Positions 25,153 to 39,200 of a DNA stretch of 64,000 bases are shown here, piece by piece. The position numbers were made by a program, and so were the translations under genes. The stretch's first letter is position 1; the number at the start of each line of letters is the position of its first letter. The notes beneath the pieces were generated by a model. That model saw only the letters and a program-made list of their open reading frames with translations, was not told the DNA's origin and ran no database searches. Origin of the DNA: Fimicolochytrium jonesii (taxonomy: Eukaryota); the NCBI RefSeq assembly GCF_025526975.1, contig NW_026515671.1, positions 558,001 through 622,000 on the forward strand, in the 5' to 3' direction.

Positions 25153-27713
25153 CTATGTACAAATATCATCCCTCATATCATCCGCCAACTTGCGCTGCTC
25201 GTCCATAAGCATCGTCGAGAACCGTCGTAGCTGGACCAGCGCGGCCGACATGTCCGGTTCACTACGCCTTTCTTGGGTATGTTTCTGCTTTCCAAAAAGA
25301 GATGAGCGATGTTCAGAATGTAATTCACATATCGTCAATGCGTTTCAGGATAGACGCACCTCAGGCACCCGCCTCTCCATCCCGCCACCCGTTACCCTTG
25401 TCGTTGGAATACCTGGCCGCGGGTCCCTATCGGCGTGGGAGAAGGCGTTACTGGTTCGTCTGGTGTGGATGGATGCCTTGATCCTGTGTTGTTGCTGTTG
25501 CTGTTGATGTTGATGTTGATGTTGATGTTGCTGTTGATGTTGATGTTGATATTGTAGCGGCTGTTGATTGTGATGTGTCGAACCTGGCGCGGAGCGGAGC
25601 GTTAAAAGCCAGGCTGTGACGGATTCGTCTTGTTCGGCGGGTGAGTCTGGTGGTGGATCGCTAGGCTTTGCTTGTTTTGATGAGGTTGGGACTGGGGCGG
25701 GCGTAGGCTTGTGCGTTGCTGGTCTTAGCGGTGGGGATGGTGGAGCTGGTGCTGGTGCTGGTGGTTTGGCCGGTGATCGGCGCTGCTGAAGCGCCGGAAG
25801 GTCGCTCTGAGGTGGACTACCACTCCTCACAGATTTTACCGCCTGAGCTTTTTCGGCTGGACGAGAGACTGCCTCCGCTGCGCCGTTTTCCCTATCCTCC
25901 CCTCTCTCCTCCCTCGCCCTCCTCGTGGGCATCTCAGCACCACCATCAGCTTGCCCATTCGGTGCTTCATCAGCCGCAGCGACCTTCAACCCACGCCGGC
26001 CGGTGAATACATGCGGGGTAGGTGCAGCGGGCGGTTGCGGACTGCATTGGCGAAGGGGCGGGAGGCGGTTGTTGGGTTTTACAGTCGATGTCGAAGGAAC
26101 GGGTTTTCGAGCTGATCCTATTGAGAGCGGTCCTGGTTGGGCGGGTGTGGGTTGCGTGCGGAGTACAATTGGTGGGTCGGTGCATTGTTGCCTTCCAGCC
26201 CGATTTGGCGTGCCGATCTTTTCTGGGGTGGGTTTTACGCGGCGCAGCCGGGGTATCCGGCTTGTGCCGTCGGCGGCGAGTGAGCGCGGGGCGTTTGTGG
26301 GTGGCGGTTTCGGCTGCATTAGTGGTGTCAGCTTTGATGCCGTCGCCGTCTTTACCGCGCTGTGGATCTGCTGCCCTTTCAGCGGTCCCACCGTCTCCCC
26401 CACATTCATCTTCTGTAAAGCCGAAATCGCCCCGCCAGGCTGCGCACCCTTCCCCCTTCCGTGATTCACCTCCTTCACTTCACTCGGCCCCTTCATCTGC
26501 TCCCTCACCTCCGCCTCATACTTCTCCATCATCCTTCGATCCTCCTCGTCCGCCTTCATCTTCGCCTTCTTGTCCCGATCCTTCTTCTCTGCAATCTGCT
26601 GGCGGAGCGCTGCTTGATATTCGACGGCGGCTTCGTTTCTTTTGCGGGACTCGAGGGATTCAGAGCCTTCGAAGCGGTTGAGGAGGGTGGTTTGGAAGGG
26701 CGGGGTGAGGGCTGCTGGTTCGGCGGAGGTGGCGATGGGTGGGGCTTGGTCCCGTACTGAGGACTGTCCACTGCCCAACGCATCTACACCCTTCTGACCC
26801 GCATGACTCGACGAAACATCAACCTCGCAATGAGATTGGGCAAGCCCACTGGGCCCTCGGTCGGGACATACTCGGAGCGTGTGGACCTTGCCATGCTTGT
26901 CGCGGAGCGGGGACCCGCCGCCGCCTATTGACCGGCGCGACCAGAAGAAATCGTCGGGGGTTGGGGCTGGGGGTGCTGCAGCGGTTAAGGAGATGCGTTT
27001 GTTTGTGGGTGTCGGTACTACTTGGTTTTGAAAGTGTCAGTTCGTGTCGTCGTTTGTTCGAACCCTCAGGGCACAGTACCTGTAGTTTTCTATTGCATGG
27101 GACGTAAATTCTTCACTTAGCAAACAATGCGGTGGCAACTGAATGCATTCAAAACCCTTACCTACCATTTCCGTTCCCAAGACGGTGCTTTCTCCTCCGA
27201 TCCTCTTGATCTCTTCCAGGCAACGCTGTGCATCAAAACCGTCAATGTCCAGTTGGCATAGCCTTCACTGAAGCAACGCTGTTCAACAACTTACCCGGCC
27301 GCTGGACGACGGTTCCCCATAGATGTTGGTACGTTGGGGCAGCGGTGTGCTTGATATTGGCAGCTCGAACATCCCTGTATAGACCTAGTGTGGTGTCAGG
27401 TTCATCCAATGTCGAGCGGTCTCTGCGTATCTGTCATACATACAAGTTGTTTGCCTTTGCGCTGCTCGACTTCAAGACGTTTGCGCTCTTGTTGCTGTTG
27501 TTGTTGGGCGGCTGGTCAGCAATGGGTTTTGTTAGCCTAGCTTCTCCCTATGCATGTTCTTCAGAGGACTTCAGTGCGCCTGCTTACCGAGCTCTTGCAG
27601 CCATTGCTGCCTTGCCGTTTCTCGATCCTGATGTGGACAGTGAGTATCTTGGCCCCAGTACACCATGACACCAGCCAATGACAGCGAACCTGCTCATGCC
27701 ACGTTCGAACCAT
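25153..27713 (-). CDS. Low-complexity coiled-coil protein with CCDC66/CSPP1-like repeats (possible centrosome/flagellar protein)
   Basis: Motifs RQQWLQELAAQ...ERKRLE and YQAALRQQIAEKKDRDKKAK...EDRR, a long Pro-rich region and a terminal helix AALVQLRRFSTMLMDEQRKL; 5' exon phasing uncertain. Confidence 0.5.
25486..25555. repeat. Coding microsatellite (TGTTGA/TGTTGC)n encoding a Gln/His repeat
   Basis: Direct read of the tandem hexamers; translates as QHQHQQQHQHQHQHQQQQQQH on the minus strand. Confidence 0.9.
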
Positions 27714-28042
27714 CGATGATAATGTACAGTACGTATGGGTGTTGCTAGATAAGATGATATCGCCTGCTCGTCGGTGTTGCCGGAACGACCATCCTGTCAA
27801 TAGCGAACTCCGCCTGGGGACGATTGCAAGCCACATACGCGATAGGGTGACATACGCTCATTGCATTTGATCGCGCGAGGTTCCTGGGGGCGGTGCTGCC
27901 CAGAGATCCCAGCACTATTAGCACCACTTTCTGATCCACCCGGCCCATCCTTCATCGCTGAAAACAGCTCTTCCTGGCCCAAGCATAGAATAGAGGCTTG
28001 CAAGATTTACTAAGGCTAACTGCGAAGGCATCGTCGGAAAAG

Positions 28043-29703
<1,661 letters not shown>

Positions 29704-29930
29704 CTTCTGAAAGAGATGTAGGGGTGTTTTTTGTAGCGGCTTTGATAAAATTAGATTCGAGTGGGTATGGAAATGCCGAATGTGCGTGCGGATGTGTACA
29801 TGCGTGTAGTTGTCTATGTGTCACGGATAATAGGGGAGAACAAAATTGGGAAGACGCCAGCGGTGAGGCCTGTCCTAGCTACAACGCGGCAATCTGAGGA
29901 CTATTCTTACAGGACCATCTCGTGCAAGGA

Positions 29931-31735
29931 TTATTCCTTTCGTCTCCGCTTGGTGCGCGATTGTGAAGCTTCTGAACCAGCTGGTGGGGTTTGCGTCTGC
30001 GCCTTTTCCTTATTGATCTTTCGTTTCTGGCCGAAGTTGTTGTCAACCAGGTGCTGCAAGAGGTAACGCGAAAGGAGTCAGCCATAAACGAACGCCGGAC
30101 GAGAGCATCTTCCCAGCCTCACATACCATATTAGCAACCCTCTGCGCCAATGCGACCTCATTCAGGATCCCTAACACATCATTCTCGACCACATTCATCT
30201 CCAGCATCTTCTTATCCATCTTCTTCTCGATGTTGAGCAGCACGTTGATGTCATGTTGCGTGACGAAGGAGAGGGAAAGACCGCCGCGGCCCGCACGCGC
30301 TGTTCGTCCGACTCGGTGAATGTAGTCGGTGGCGTCAGCGGGGAGCTCGTAGTTGAGGACGACTTGGACTGTTGGGATGTCGAGACCACTGTTGGAGAGA
30401 GAGCAAGATTTTGTCAATTTCTTTTCTACCTCAAGAAAATGAGCATTCCTGCTTTCCCTCTCCTCCAAAACGTACCGACTGCCCACATCAGTAGCCAGCA
30501 AAATCGGCACAATCCCCGACTTGAATTTCGCCAAAGACCCCAGCCGATCCGCCTGGCTCATCTGCGCATGCAGCGCGGTGGACTTCAGGCCCAGCTCCCG
30601 CAGTGTGATGCGCAGCCGCTCGCACGTCCGGCATTTGCCAGTGAAGATGATCATCGTTTTGCCTTCGAAGGTGGTGCGGATCAGGTGCGCGAGGTAGGCG
30701 TCGCGCACGGTGGAGGAAATGAACATGTAGCGTTGGTCGAGCTTTTCTACTGTGTCGAATCTAGTGAATCCCAAACCCAGGCACGTCAGAGATCGGAACA
30801 GCCCAAAGTGGCTAGAGGTCAAGAGTCTGGGCATACCTGGTATTACACTCGTAAACAAATGGCTTAACCCCCTCCTTGAACTTCAACCCTTTGATTTCAT
30901 CCGTCATAGTAGCACTAAACAGCAGCGTCTGTCGTTTCTTCGGCAACTGATCCAAAATGGCTTCCAGATCCTCCGCAAATGTATCGTCTAGTAACCGATC
31001 CGCCTCATCGAGAACCAGAAACTTCAGTCGTTTCAGGCTGATGGCGTTCGAGCTGCTGTTGATGTGGTCGACGAGGCGGCCGGGTGTTGCGACGATAACG
31101 TGGGGACGGCGGGAGAGTTCGAGCGCTTGGTTCATCATGTCTGATAAAGGAAGGAGCCTGACTGAGTCTTGCCGATGGTGTATGTGACAGGAGCAGAAAT
31201 GTTGGACACTCACCTAAACCACCGACAACGACCGATTGCTTCAGGTTGATCCCCGCGCCTAATACCCTAAATTGCTCCGCAATCTGAAAGGCTAGCTCCC
31301 TAGAAACGGAACAAGGAATCAGCCGTCAGCGTTTGCCCTCTACTCCTTCCTCCCTTCCTCCCCTCGATTCCCTCGGCAAGTCCAGCACATCCCCCAACGC
31401 TCACCTCGTTGGCGTCACAACGAGCGCAAATATCCCATACGGGTCCTCCGCCAACTTCTGCAAAATTGGTAAAGCAAACGCAGCAGTCTTTCCGCTTCCC
31501 GTCGTCGCACTGCCTACTACGTCTCGCCCTGCCATACAAAAGTTGAGAAATCAGGGTGCTGAAAAAAAAAAATACGCTTGGTCGTGGGTCACAACTCACC
31601 AGCGAGAATTTCGGGTATACATGCTCGCTGAATTTCAGTCGGCTCTTTGATAGACAGCGTCCGTAGTGCGTCTTCCAGCCAAGAGTCCAAGCCGAGGTCG
31701 TTGAAAGTGCGTTTATCGGTCATGGTGTTCGTCAT
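29931..31735 (-). CDS. DBP8: DEAD-box RNA helicase Dbp8/DDX49
   Basis: [84 protein letters not shown]. Confidence 0.93.
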
Positions 31736-32058
31736 AAATGCTTATCAAGACCGTTCCAACGGAAGCAGAGAAATGAAAGACTGCCTCAGAGCGTGCTCGT
31801 AGTGGGACTTGTGTGAGAGATGCAAAGCTGTAAAAATAACCTTCTTGTTATGAAGCTGGAAAGCTCTCACATTAGCGTCTCAGCGAGAAAAGCTCAAGGA
31901 GAGCGAAAGGGGAGAGTTGGTTGACTGCGCTCTTACCGGGTTCCCGGGTCTCGGTATTGTCCAAATGCAAGCAACATATCCATCATCTCGCTTCAGCACT
32001 GAGATCGACACGGCAACGACAATACTCAACGACGAGGTGTCGAATAGGTGAGCAGCCT

Positions 32059-32084
32059 TCCATCCATCCATCCATCCATCCATC
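32059..32084. repeat. (TCCA)6 tetranucleotide microsatellite
   Basis: Direct read, in the DBP8-RPL32 divergent intergenic region. Confidence 0.9.
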
Positions 32085-32521
32085 GGTTGAGAGAGGTCAT
32101 ACAGGACGCGTACATGTGGATCCGAGGAGGACAGACGAGGGCTGGGAGGAGAGGTCGCGACGGAATGGGAATGGCTTCGACATGTTCAACATGAGGGGAT
32201 GGAATTGACAAGCCACAGTGGGCACTCATAGAGCATACAACGACGCTGGGGATTTTACGAATCGAGTGATACGCAAAACGAGGCGTCTACGGTCGAGCAC
32301 ACCGAAGCGAACAAGGGACCCAAACGAAATGCGCGTTACTCTGCAATAGGACGACGTGGCGGTGGAAATGGAGGAGGAAAAGTGGTGGATTCTTTTTCTG
32401 AAGCGGAGACATGCAGAGGGAATTTTGCCATGCGCCGTCTACAGGGAGAATCTATGCCCAAATTTTGGACGTCAGTTTTTCTCAATGGTGTGGTGCATTT
32501 GCGCTTGTCGATTAGGTCAAA

Positions 32522-33148
32522 ATGGTCGCCCCTCTCGTTAAACGCACCATCATCAAGAAGCGCACGAAGAAGTTTGTGCGCCATCAATCTGACCGTTACA
32601 AGAAAGTTGATGTACGTTCAGAGCAGCATGACGAGTTGGGTTACTTGCGGAGAACAGCGCGATTCTGACCAAAGTTGGTCGAATAAGTAGGAGTCATGGA
32701 GGAAGCCTAAGGGTATTGACAACCGTGTCCGGAGGCGATTCAAGGGCCAGATTGCGTAAGTTGGGTGTCGTCTGCGAATCGACTGGATAGGCGGTCACAT
32801 TCTGACTTCCTCGTACCTCCCATGACAGTATGCCCAAGATTGGTTACGGATCTAACTCCAAGACCCGTCACCTTCTGCCCAACGGATTCAAGAAGTTCTT
32901 GGTCAACAACGTTCGCGACCTCGAGCTTCTGCTGATGCACAACCGCGTGTTCGCCGCCGAGATTGCGCACAACGTCTCGTCCAGGAAGCGAGTTGCCATC
33001 GTTGAGCGTGCCGCCCAGTTGAACGTCAAGGTTACTAACGCCGCTGGCCGTCTGCGTACTGCTGTAAGTACCTGAGAAGTTTGGCCAAGTGCATTGTATG
33101 CCATAAACTAACGATTGGGATCATTTTGTTTTACAGGAGAACGAATAG
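32522..33148 (+). CDS. RPL32: 60S ribosomal protein eL32
   Basis: [55 protein letters not shown]; 3 introns. Confidence 0.97.
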
Positions 33149-33957
33149 ATGTTGCGAATGATGTCAACTCTTGTATTTTCATTTCACAATATCAATCGCT
33201 TTGCCCTCGACATCGAATCTTTGTTTTAGAAAGGCGATTATGGCGGACCGGTTTGGCCTATCGATCCACTAATTAACGGGTGGGTCACCGGATTGTGGGA
33301 GAAGGGGAAAAGGAACCTCGTGGAGTGGGACTTTTGGTCAAAGGATGTCGCTGGCGAGCAAAGTCTACGATTGGAGCTGGAACACGATTGGAGGGAAGCA
33401 TTTGTGGAGCCGTGCGCGACGCGCGACTGGACCAGTCTGGCAGAACGCGTTTTCGACCGTCCGATTTTCAGCATGTCCGATTTCCGAACTTGTCCGAAAT
33501 TTCAACGCGAAACTGACGCCTGTTGGTCGAAACCTTGGAAGTTGAGAATTGGCGGGAAGGGCACGGCGCCTGTCCGCAAGGTTCGAAACCGCCCTCGGAC
33601 GGTGCACTCTCATTCTGAATGCTCATTGTGGCAAAGCCCCTCGAGGGTCATACAACAATCTCGAAGGAGGACCCGTCCGTCTCAAGGGTTCAAACATAAG
33701 GTTGGGGAACTCTGGAAAACACTCTACCTGTTGTTATCCAGGTGGGGTTGACTGAGGCACCCCCAAGAGAGCAATGCGAGATTCTGAAGCCTTCAATTCG
33801 ATTCAGTGACCAAGTCAATCTCTTACGAAGGTGACAATCCATCAACGACAAGTCCCACTGGTGAGCAATGGCAGTCACTGTGAGCCAGGGAGTTTGTTCA
33901 TCGCCCCATCCGAATTGCGGTGATTGATCATGCTCTCTTCGCCTGCCCCTCTGGGTT

Positions 33958-34546
33958 TTCATTCACGCCCGGTCCAGCTGTGCCTCCCTGGTCTTTGTGC
34001 TTGCTCCAGCTCCTTTCAAGACCACAGTGAGAGAGGGGTTCGAGCGTTACGTGTTCTTCGTACTTTGATTACAACGACGGTCCCCAGGCTCCTTCACCAG
34101 CTAAACTCACAAGCTGTGACCCGAGCTTACGCCCGATATGCTCAGATAGACTTGCGCTTTTCAGAGATTTCATGCCGTGTTCCTGAGGGTTATTGCACTC
34201 GACCCCGAAATCTTTGAGCTGGCTTCCTCTTAGATTGTAACAGAACGCTGAGTATCATGGAAACAACTCCATTCGTTTGCAATCCACAGGACATCATAAA
34301 CAGGGGCTTCCTAGTCAGGACGGAGGTTCGGCTTTACCAGTGATGCAACATTCGTGACTTATTGCAATCCCGTTCAAGGGGGTTTTTATCAAGGGACTCG
34401 GGGGCCGAAAAGAACGCGTCGAGGTGCGAAACTCAACACGCCAAACCCTTTTGGACGGCGTAATCGTGGTGCTGTCCGGTCCCATCGGACTCCGTTGATG
34501 CTCGGCTTGCTCGAATCAATTCCAACAAGCTGGCTGGCGACGACAT
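33958..34546 (-). CDS. Possible small spliced hypothetical gene (MSSPASLLELIRASR...)
   Basis: ATG at 34546 divergent from SFR1, with several plausible GT donors and AG acceptors; phasing not fully resolved and no family recognised. Confidence 0.2.
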
Positions 34547-34732
34547 CTTCCCCTTCGACGTTCCAGAGGAGGCGTCACAGCTTGAAGGTAATGGGAGTCG
34601 CAAAGCGATGCGCTTGACGGCCAAATTGCGCTTAACCGGGCTTCCTTCCTTTTTGTCTTTCTTCTCAGGAACGCATTTGCGAGAGAATCACTCCATAACC
34701 AGAAGCGCCTGTATTTGCTAGGTTCCGCTGAC

Positions 34733-36045
34733 ATGGTTGACGACCGCCCACTCGGAGAAGAATTGGTCGCCTCGCTATGGCAGCAGGCGGCACGAATAAA
34801 TGCGGAGGACAAAGCCGTTCTGACAGCTGAGGAGCTTTTGCTGCTCTTGCATGAGGAAAATCGTACGGAAGTCGCCATAGAACAGCTGAAGGTTGGTGTC
34901 ATCACGCGCAAAAGCACCGTTGCGGAGCATGCACTCACCCACGAAACAGAAGGAGATTTGCGGGAAGGCTGAGGGGAAGATTGGCCGTCACAGCTTCGTT
35001 GTTGGAAAAGATGAGTCTTCCGTATTTTGGTTGCGGAAAGGTCTTGCCGGTGAGAGCACATGTTCTCCTTCAATACGTTGATATATGCGCTTTAAAGTAA
35101 CGTGAATACTGTAGATGTGGGAACATCTCTCCAGATTAAAGACGAAACTGAATCTACGGCTCGCACCCAGCCTACAGTTCCGCTAAAGCGGAAAGCAAAT
35201 GATTCGCTGTCACGCACACCGTTCAAGACTCCTCAAAAGAGCTCACTGCAGAATGTTGTGAGTGCAGCGACGAAATTTAAAAGGCAATCTTCCCTTATCT
35301 TACATGTCCTCTAATACCTAAATTCACAGAGTAGCCCCAGATTTACGGCCTTCAAATCTCCTATACGGACTCCGGGCACTCCAGGGCAATCGGCGCACGC
35401 GACGCCGGTGAAATCAAATTTGGGTACACCACGTACGAGGGGAGGGTCAAACCGAGGTTTCAAGTCACCTTTCAAATCCCCGTTTGCTGTCCGTAAATCC
35501 TCCGTTTCCCAATTGCCATCTTCATCTGATGGCACATCCGGGGATCCTGTCGTCGATGCGCTTCTTGATGAGAAGCGTGAACTGGAGAGCAAGATCAAAT
35601 CACAGACCGAACGGTTGAGGAAGATCCGGCTGGTGAAATCGAATATTGAATCAGTAAGCGATATCCTTGGCCGATGCCTCTTCCATTTGTTCCCCACTGA
35701 TCAGTGTCTTTTCAGGGCGAGACCGATAAAGTTGACGCGCTGGTGGAGAAATGGCGAGCATCAACTCGGGAAATACTCGCAACGTTACGTGATGCCATCG
35801 GTCCCATTGTGATTGAAGCCCCGGGGACATCGTCTTTCGGTGGATGGTCCAACGACGGTTTTGGTGGTGACCCACCTCGCCGGTCTGAACACAATGACGA
35901 AAACGGAGTGGAGAACGAGCAACCACAGTATATCCTCCCATCAGACTCCCGCCTCCCAACTCTCCAAGAACTGTGCGCCTCCATGAAGTTGGACATTGCG
36001 GCGTTGGGCGATTACAATGAGGATATGGATGAGTTTCGCGACTAG
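34733..36045 (+). CDS. SFR1: Sfr1/Mei5 recombination mediator
   Basis: FKSP repeats, coiled coil LLDEKRELESKIKSQTERLRKIRLVK, VDALVEKWRASTREIL and C-terminal LQELCASMKLDIAALGDYNEDMDEF. Confidence 0.8.
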
Positions 36046-36282
36046 GTAGGGCCGTGCGGCGCTAGGTTGTAGTCTCGAATCCCTGCCTATTACATTATTG
36101 GAAGGCAACGGCATATATTGGAAGCACTCTTGAAGGAGTTGTTATGCAGAAAGCATAACTTGAGAGTAGTGCACTACAATATTCCTCTCTGCTCTGCGAA
36201 TATATAAATGATGATGACCGCATGCCACATTCCAACTAAATGCGATGCCTATGAATGTGGCATTGGGAGGCCTCGAAACGCC

Positions 36283-39200
36283 TTAAGTGTCGGAAGTTTG
36301 CCCCGGTAAGATGGCACCCCCGCTCTCGATGAATCGCTAATACAAAGGGCATCCAAACGATGTGAGCATGGCCTGTATGTCTCAGAATATCTCACGACGG
36401 CGACCCACCTTCAGATCCGGAAGAGTGTTCGTTACTTCTGGCGGAAGGGCGAAGACAAGCCACAAACAGCTATCCATTTGTTCCTGTCAACCAATGAAGA
36501 AGACTGTAAGCAATAGGACACTGCTGCTGCGTTCTCCCCTTTGTTGCGCTCTATCTCACCTTGAACTTCCTGATCAGCCGCCGCGGAACGATCATGTACC
36601 CCAGCGCAAATGCAGCAACAGCGACAGAGAACGCTAGAATGGTCAAAGCTCGAGCCTGCTTGTTCCTCTCGTTTATATCCGCGACGAGCAGATCATTGAT
36701 CGCAGCCGAGCCGTTGGCACAGTCTTCAAGTACCGCTTGCATCAAACGAAGCCCTTTGTGGTTCAGATTCTGATCTACCGGATTGCTTAGCAGATATTGG
36801 GAGAGGCTCTCGCGCCATTTGAAGACTGATCGGGAGTACATATACAGTGTTATTCCTGTCCTGAAAGGCATTGCAGAAGATGCATCGATGTTCACTCACT
36901 GAGCGTTTCAAATGGTCCTTCAACCAAATCCTGCGTAAACCCGAAGGTTTCATTGTACTCCCTGAATCAGGCAAGGTGAGAACATCACAGTGAGGTTCCA
37001 ATCAAAGAACGGCCCACTGGCACATTTCCAAACCTGTTGTCGCATCCATTTTTCGCAAAACACATCCCTCCGACAGACAGCAAGCTGTTCACAGCTCCAA
37101 AGCTCAAAAGACTTGGAGAACCAGCCTTATCCATCATGAGCTGATTATGATCATTTTGGAAAGCAATGTAGTAGTGATCCAGCCAGGTTCTTTGACGATC
37201 CGGAAGCCATATTGTCGTGTCGTTGACAGCGACCTCGACCGCAAGAACAGTGCTGATGGCCAAGTCGAAAGCGCGATTGGAGAGGTTCAGAATCGTATCG
37301 GCGATGCTGACCGCGAACTGCGAAATGGTCATATGAGAGGCAATATCATGCAGGCCAAATCTTCCGCTCAGTAACTCACGTTGTTTTGCAGTAATGCTGG
37401 AACGAACATCAACGTCCCCGGGCAGGCAATCAATGCGGCATAAATCATGAAATGCTTAAACTGCCTCTTTGGGACAGAGCGCGCCATGACCATCTTCGGA
37501 GGGAAAGATCCTGTGGCCGCAGATAACGACTGCTTTTTCGTTGTCTTGGTGTCATCCATCTCTTCGAGCAATATCTCAATTTCCGTTTCATAGCTCTCGA
37601 TCATCCGGTTGACATGTTCGCGAGGCATTCCTGTGAGGAGGTTGAACACCAGGACTTGCTTATGATACATTCGCTCGATCATTGCCCGGAAATAGACCAC
37701 CGTCATGAGGAAGCAGCCAACGGGTAAAACGATCAAAAGCGCAACTATGAAAAAAGAAGGAGATTAGTGATCTGGATATCCGGGAGTTGTGCAAAGATTG
37801 ATTGACTGGAAGGTACATACTCATCCCGGTGGTACTCGACCTGATGGACGTAACAAACTCAGTGATCCCGTCTTGCGACGTTTGATCATAGGCTTGAACG
37901 ATATCCAACAAATTGGAGAGAATGAATCGTCCATCATCGACAGCGACCGGGTCCTGCAGTTGCGTGGTGCTTATAACCTGGCAGCGAAGAGCAATGGTTT
38001 GAGCCAATGTGAAGGCGTTATAGATTTCTGAACTGACTGGTAAGGAAGGCGCTTTGAGTTGGGTCACGCAAGGAAAGTCAAAGGAAACTCCCTCCGGTCT
38101 CGTACCAGTTGTTCCGCGAAATGCAGATAGAACAATCTTCGCGTCATCGTTCATATGGTCTGCTTGGACTACGGGGAGCAATAGGGCGTTCCACGGATTG
38201 TTCACGAGAGCTGACAGAGAGCTTGCGGCCTTTGCCAAATCTCCAGTAGGATCTGCGGTTGGGCTGACGCCCGCTACCAAAGAAAACATCTGTCGCACAA
38301 TCAAAATGACTTGGAGCCCCATGTCAGTGCGGTGGTCTTCGTCAAAACGATGCATTAGCAACGGGGTAAAACTTACTGCGTGATGCTGTAATTCTCGGTC
38401 TGGATCGAGTGAATGCACTCGTAAGCGCCGCCGTGATGTTCGAGTACGCCATGACAGCAAGAGCGCATCCAACTCCTAAAACAGCCACGATCGCGACAAA
38501 GCTGGTGTTCATGCCAAGCTTGAAAGACAGGATTGGGGCACGTAATCGTCTCGAAATGGCGTCGCGGAGGAACCGTCTCTGACGCTCTTCCTTTTGACTA
38601 CTTCCGCCAGAATGGATGGAAGGTGTCCGCTTGAAGACTGATTCCGCGGTTGCCCGCTGCTCCGCCGTCATCATGAACGAGGCTTGCGAAGCTGGTGTTG
38701 AAGGCATAGTGGATCCCGGAGCAAAGGAAATTCGCGACTTTCCCCCATCCTCAAAGTGCATGTTCTTCTTTCTCTGTCGCTGATGGGACGCGGCGTCTTC
38801 TCCCATTTCGATGTCTTCATCAAAGCTATTTTGCTCCGGTATGGTAGCAGTCGCCACGATGTTCGACACTGGATTCTGCCCAATGTTGGACGTCGTGCTC
38901 TGGGCCATGCCGGACATCTGACTTTGCCCAATAGTCGTCATGGCCGCCATATTTGCATTCCCGTGTCTCAGCGACATCTCGCGCTTCTCATCATTGTCAA
39001 TTTGCTCAGCACGCTGATGCGAGAACGTTGACATATGGTTAGGAACGATGCACAAACCTCCTTGTAGGACCGACGCAACGTACGGCAAACAGCTTCTTAG
39101 CTTTCTCGGTATCATCTGAAGTCGTCAAGAGGAAGTTGCTGTAATGCCTCATAATTTGTTTTGATCGCTGCGTGTCAACAGATAAAGTGAAGTTCAGCGT

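Noticed and set aside
33293..33751. 152-aa ORF with an HMG-like phrase (KVGELWKTL) and short TCCGA/TTCGA repeats
   Set aside because: No ATG start and the rest of an HMG box is missing; the repeats are too short to define an element.
35654..35715. ATATCCTT (U12-type donor-like) inside a SFR1 intron
   Set aside because: A standard GTAAGC...CAG intron restores the frame; no U12 branch site or AC acceptor is needed.
36208..36300. ATGATGA box C-like motif
   Set aside because: No downstream CTGA box D or terminal stem.
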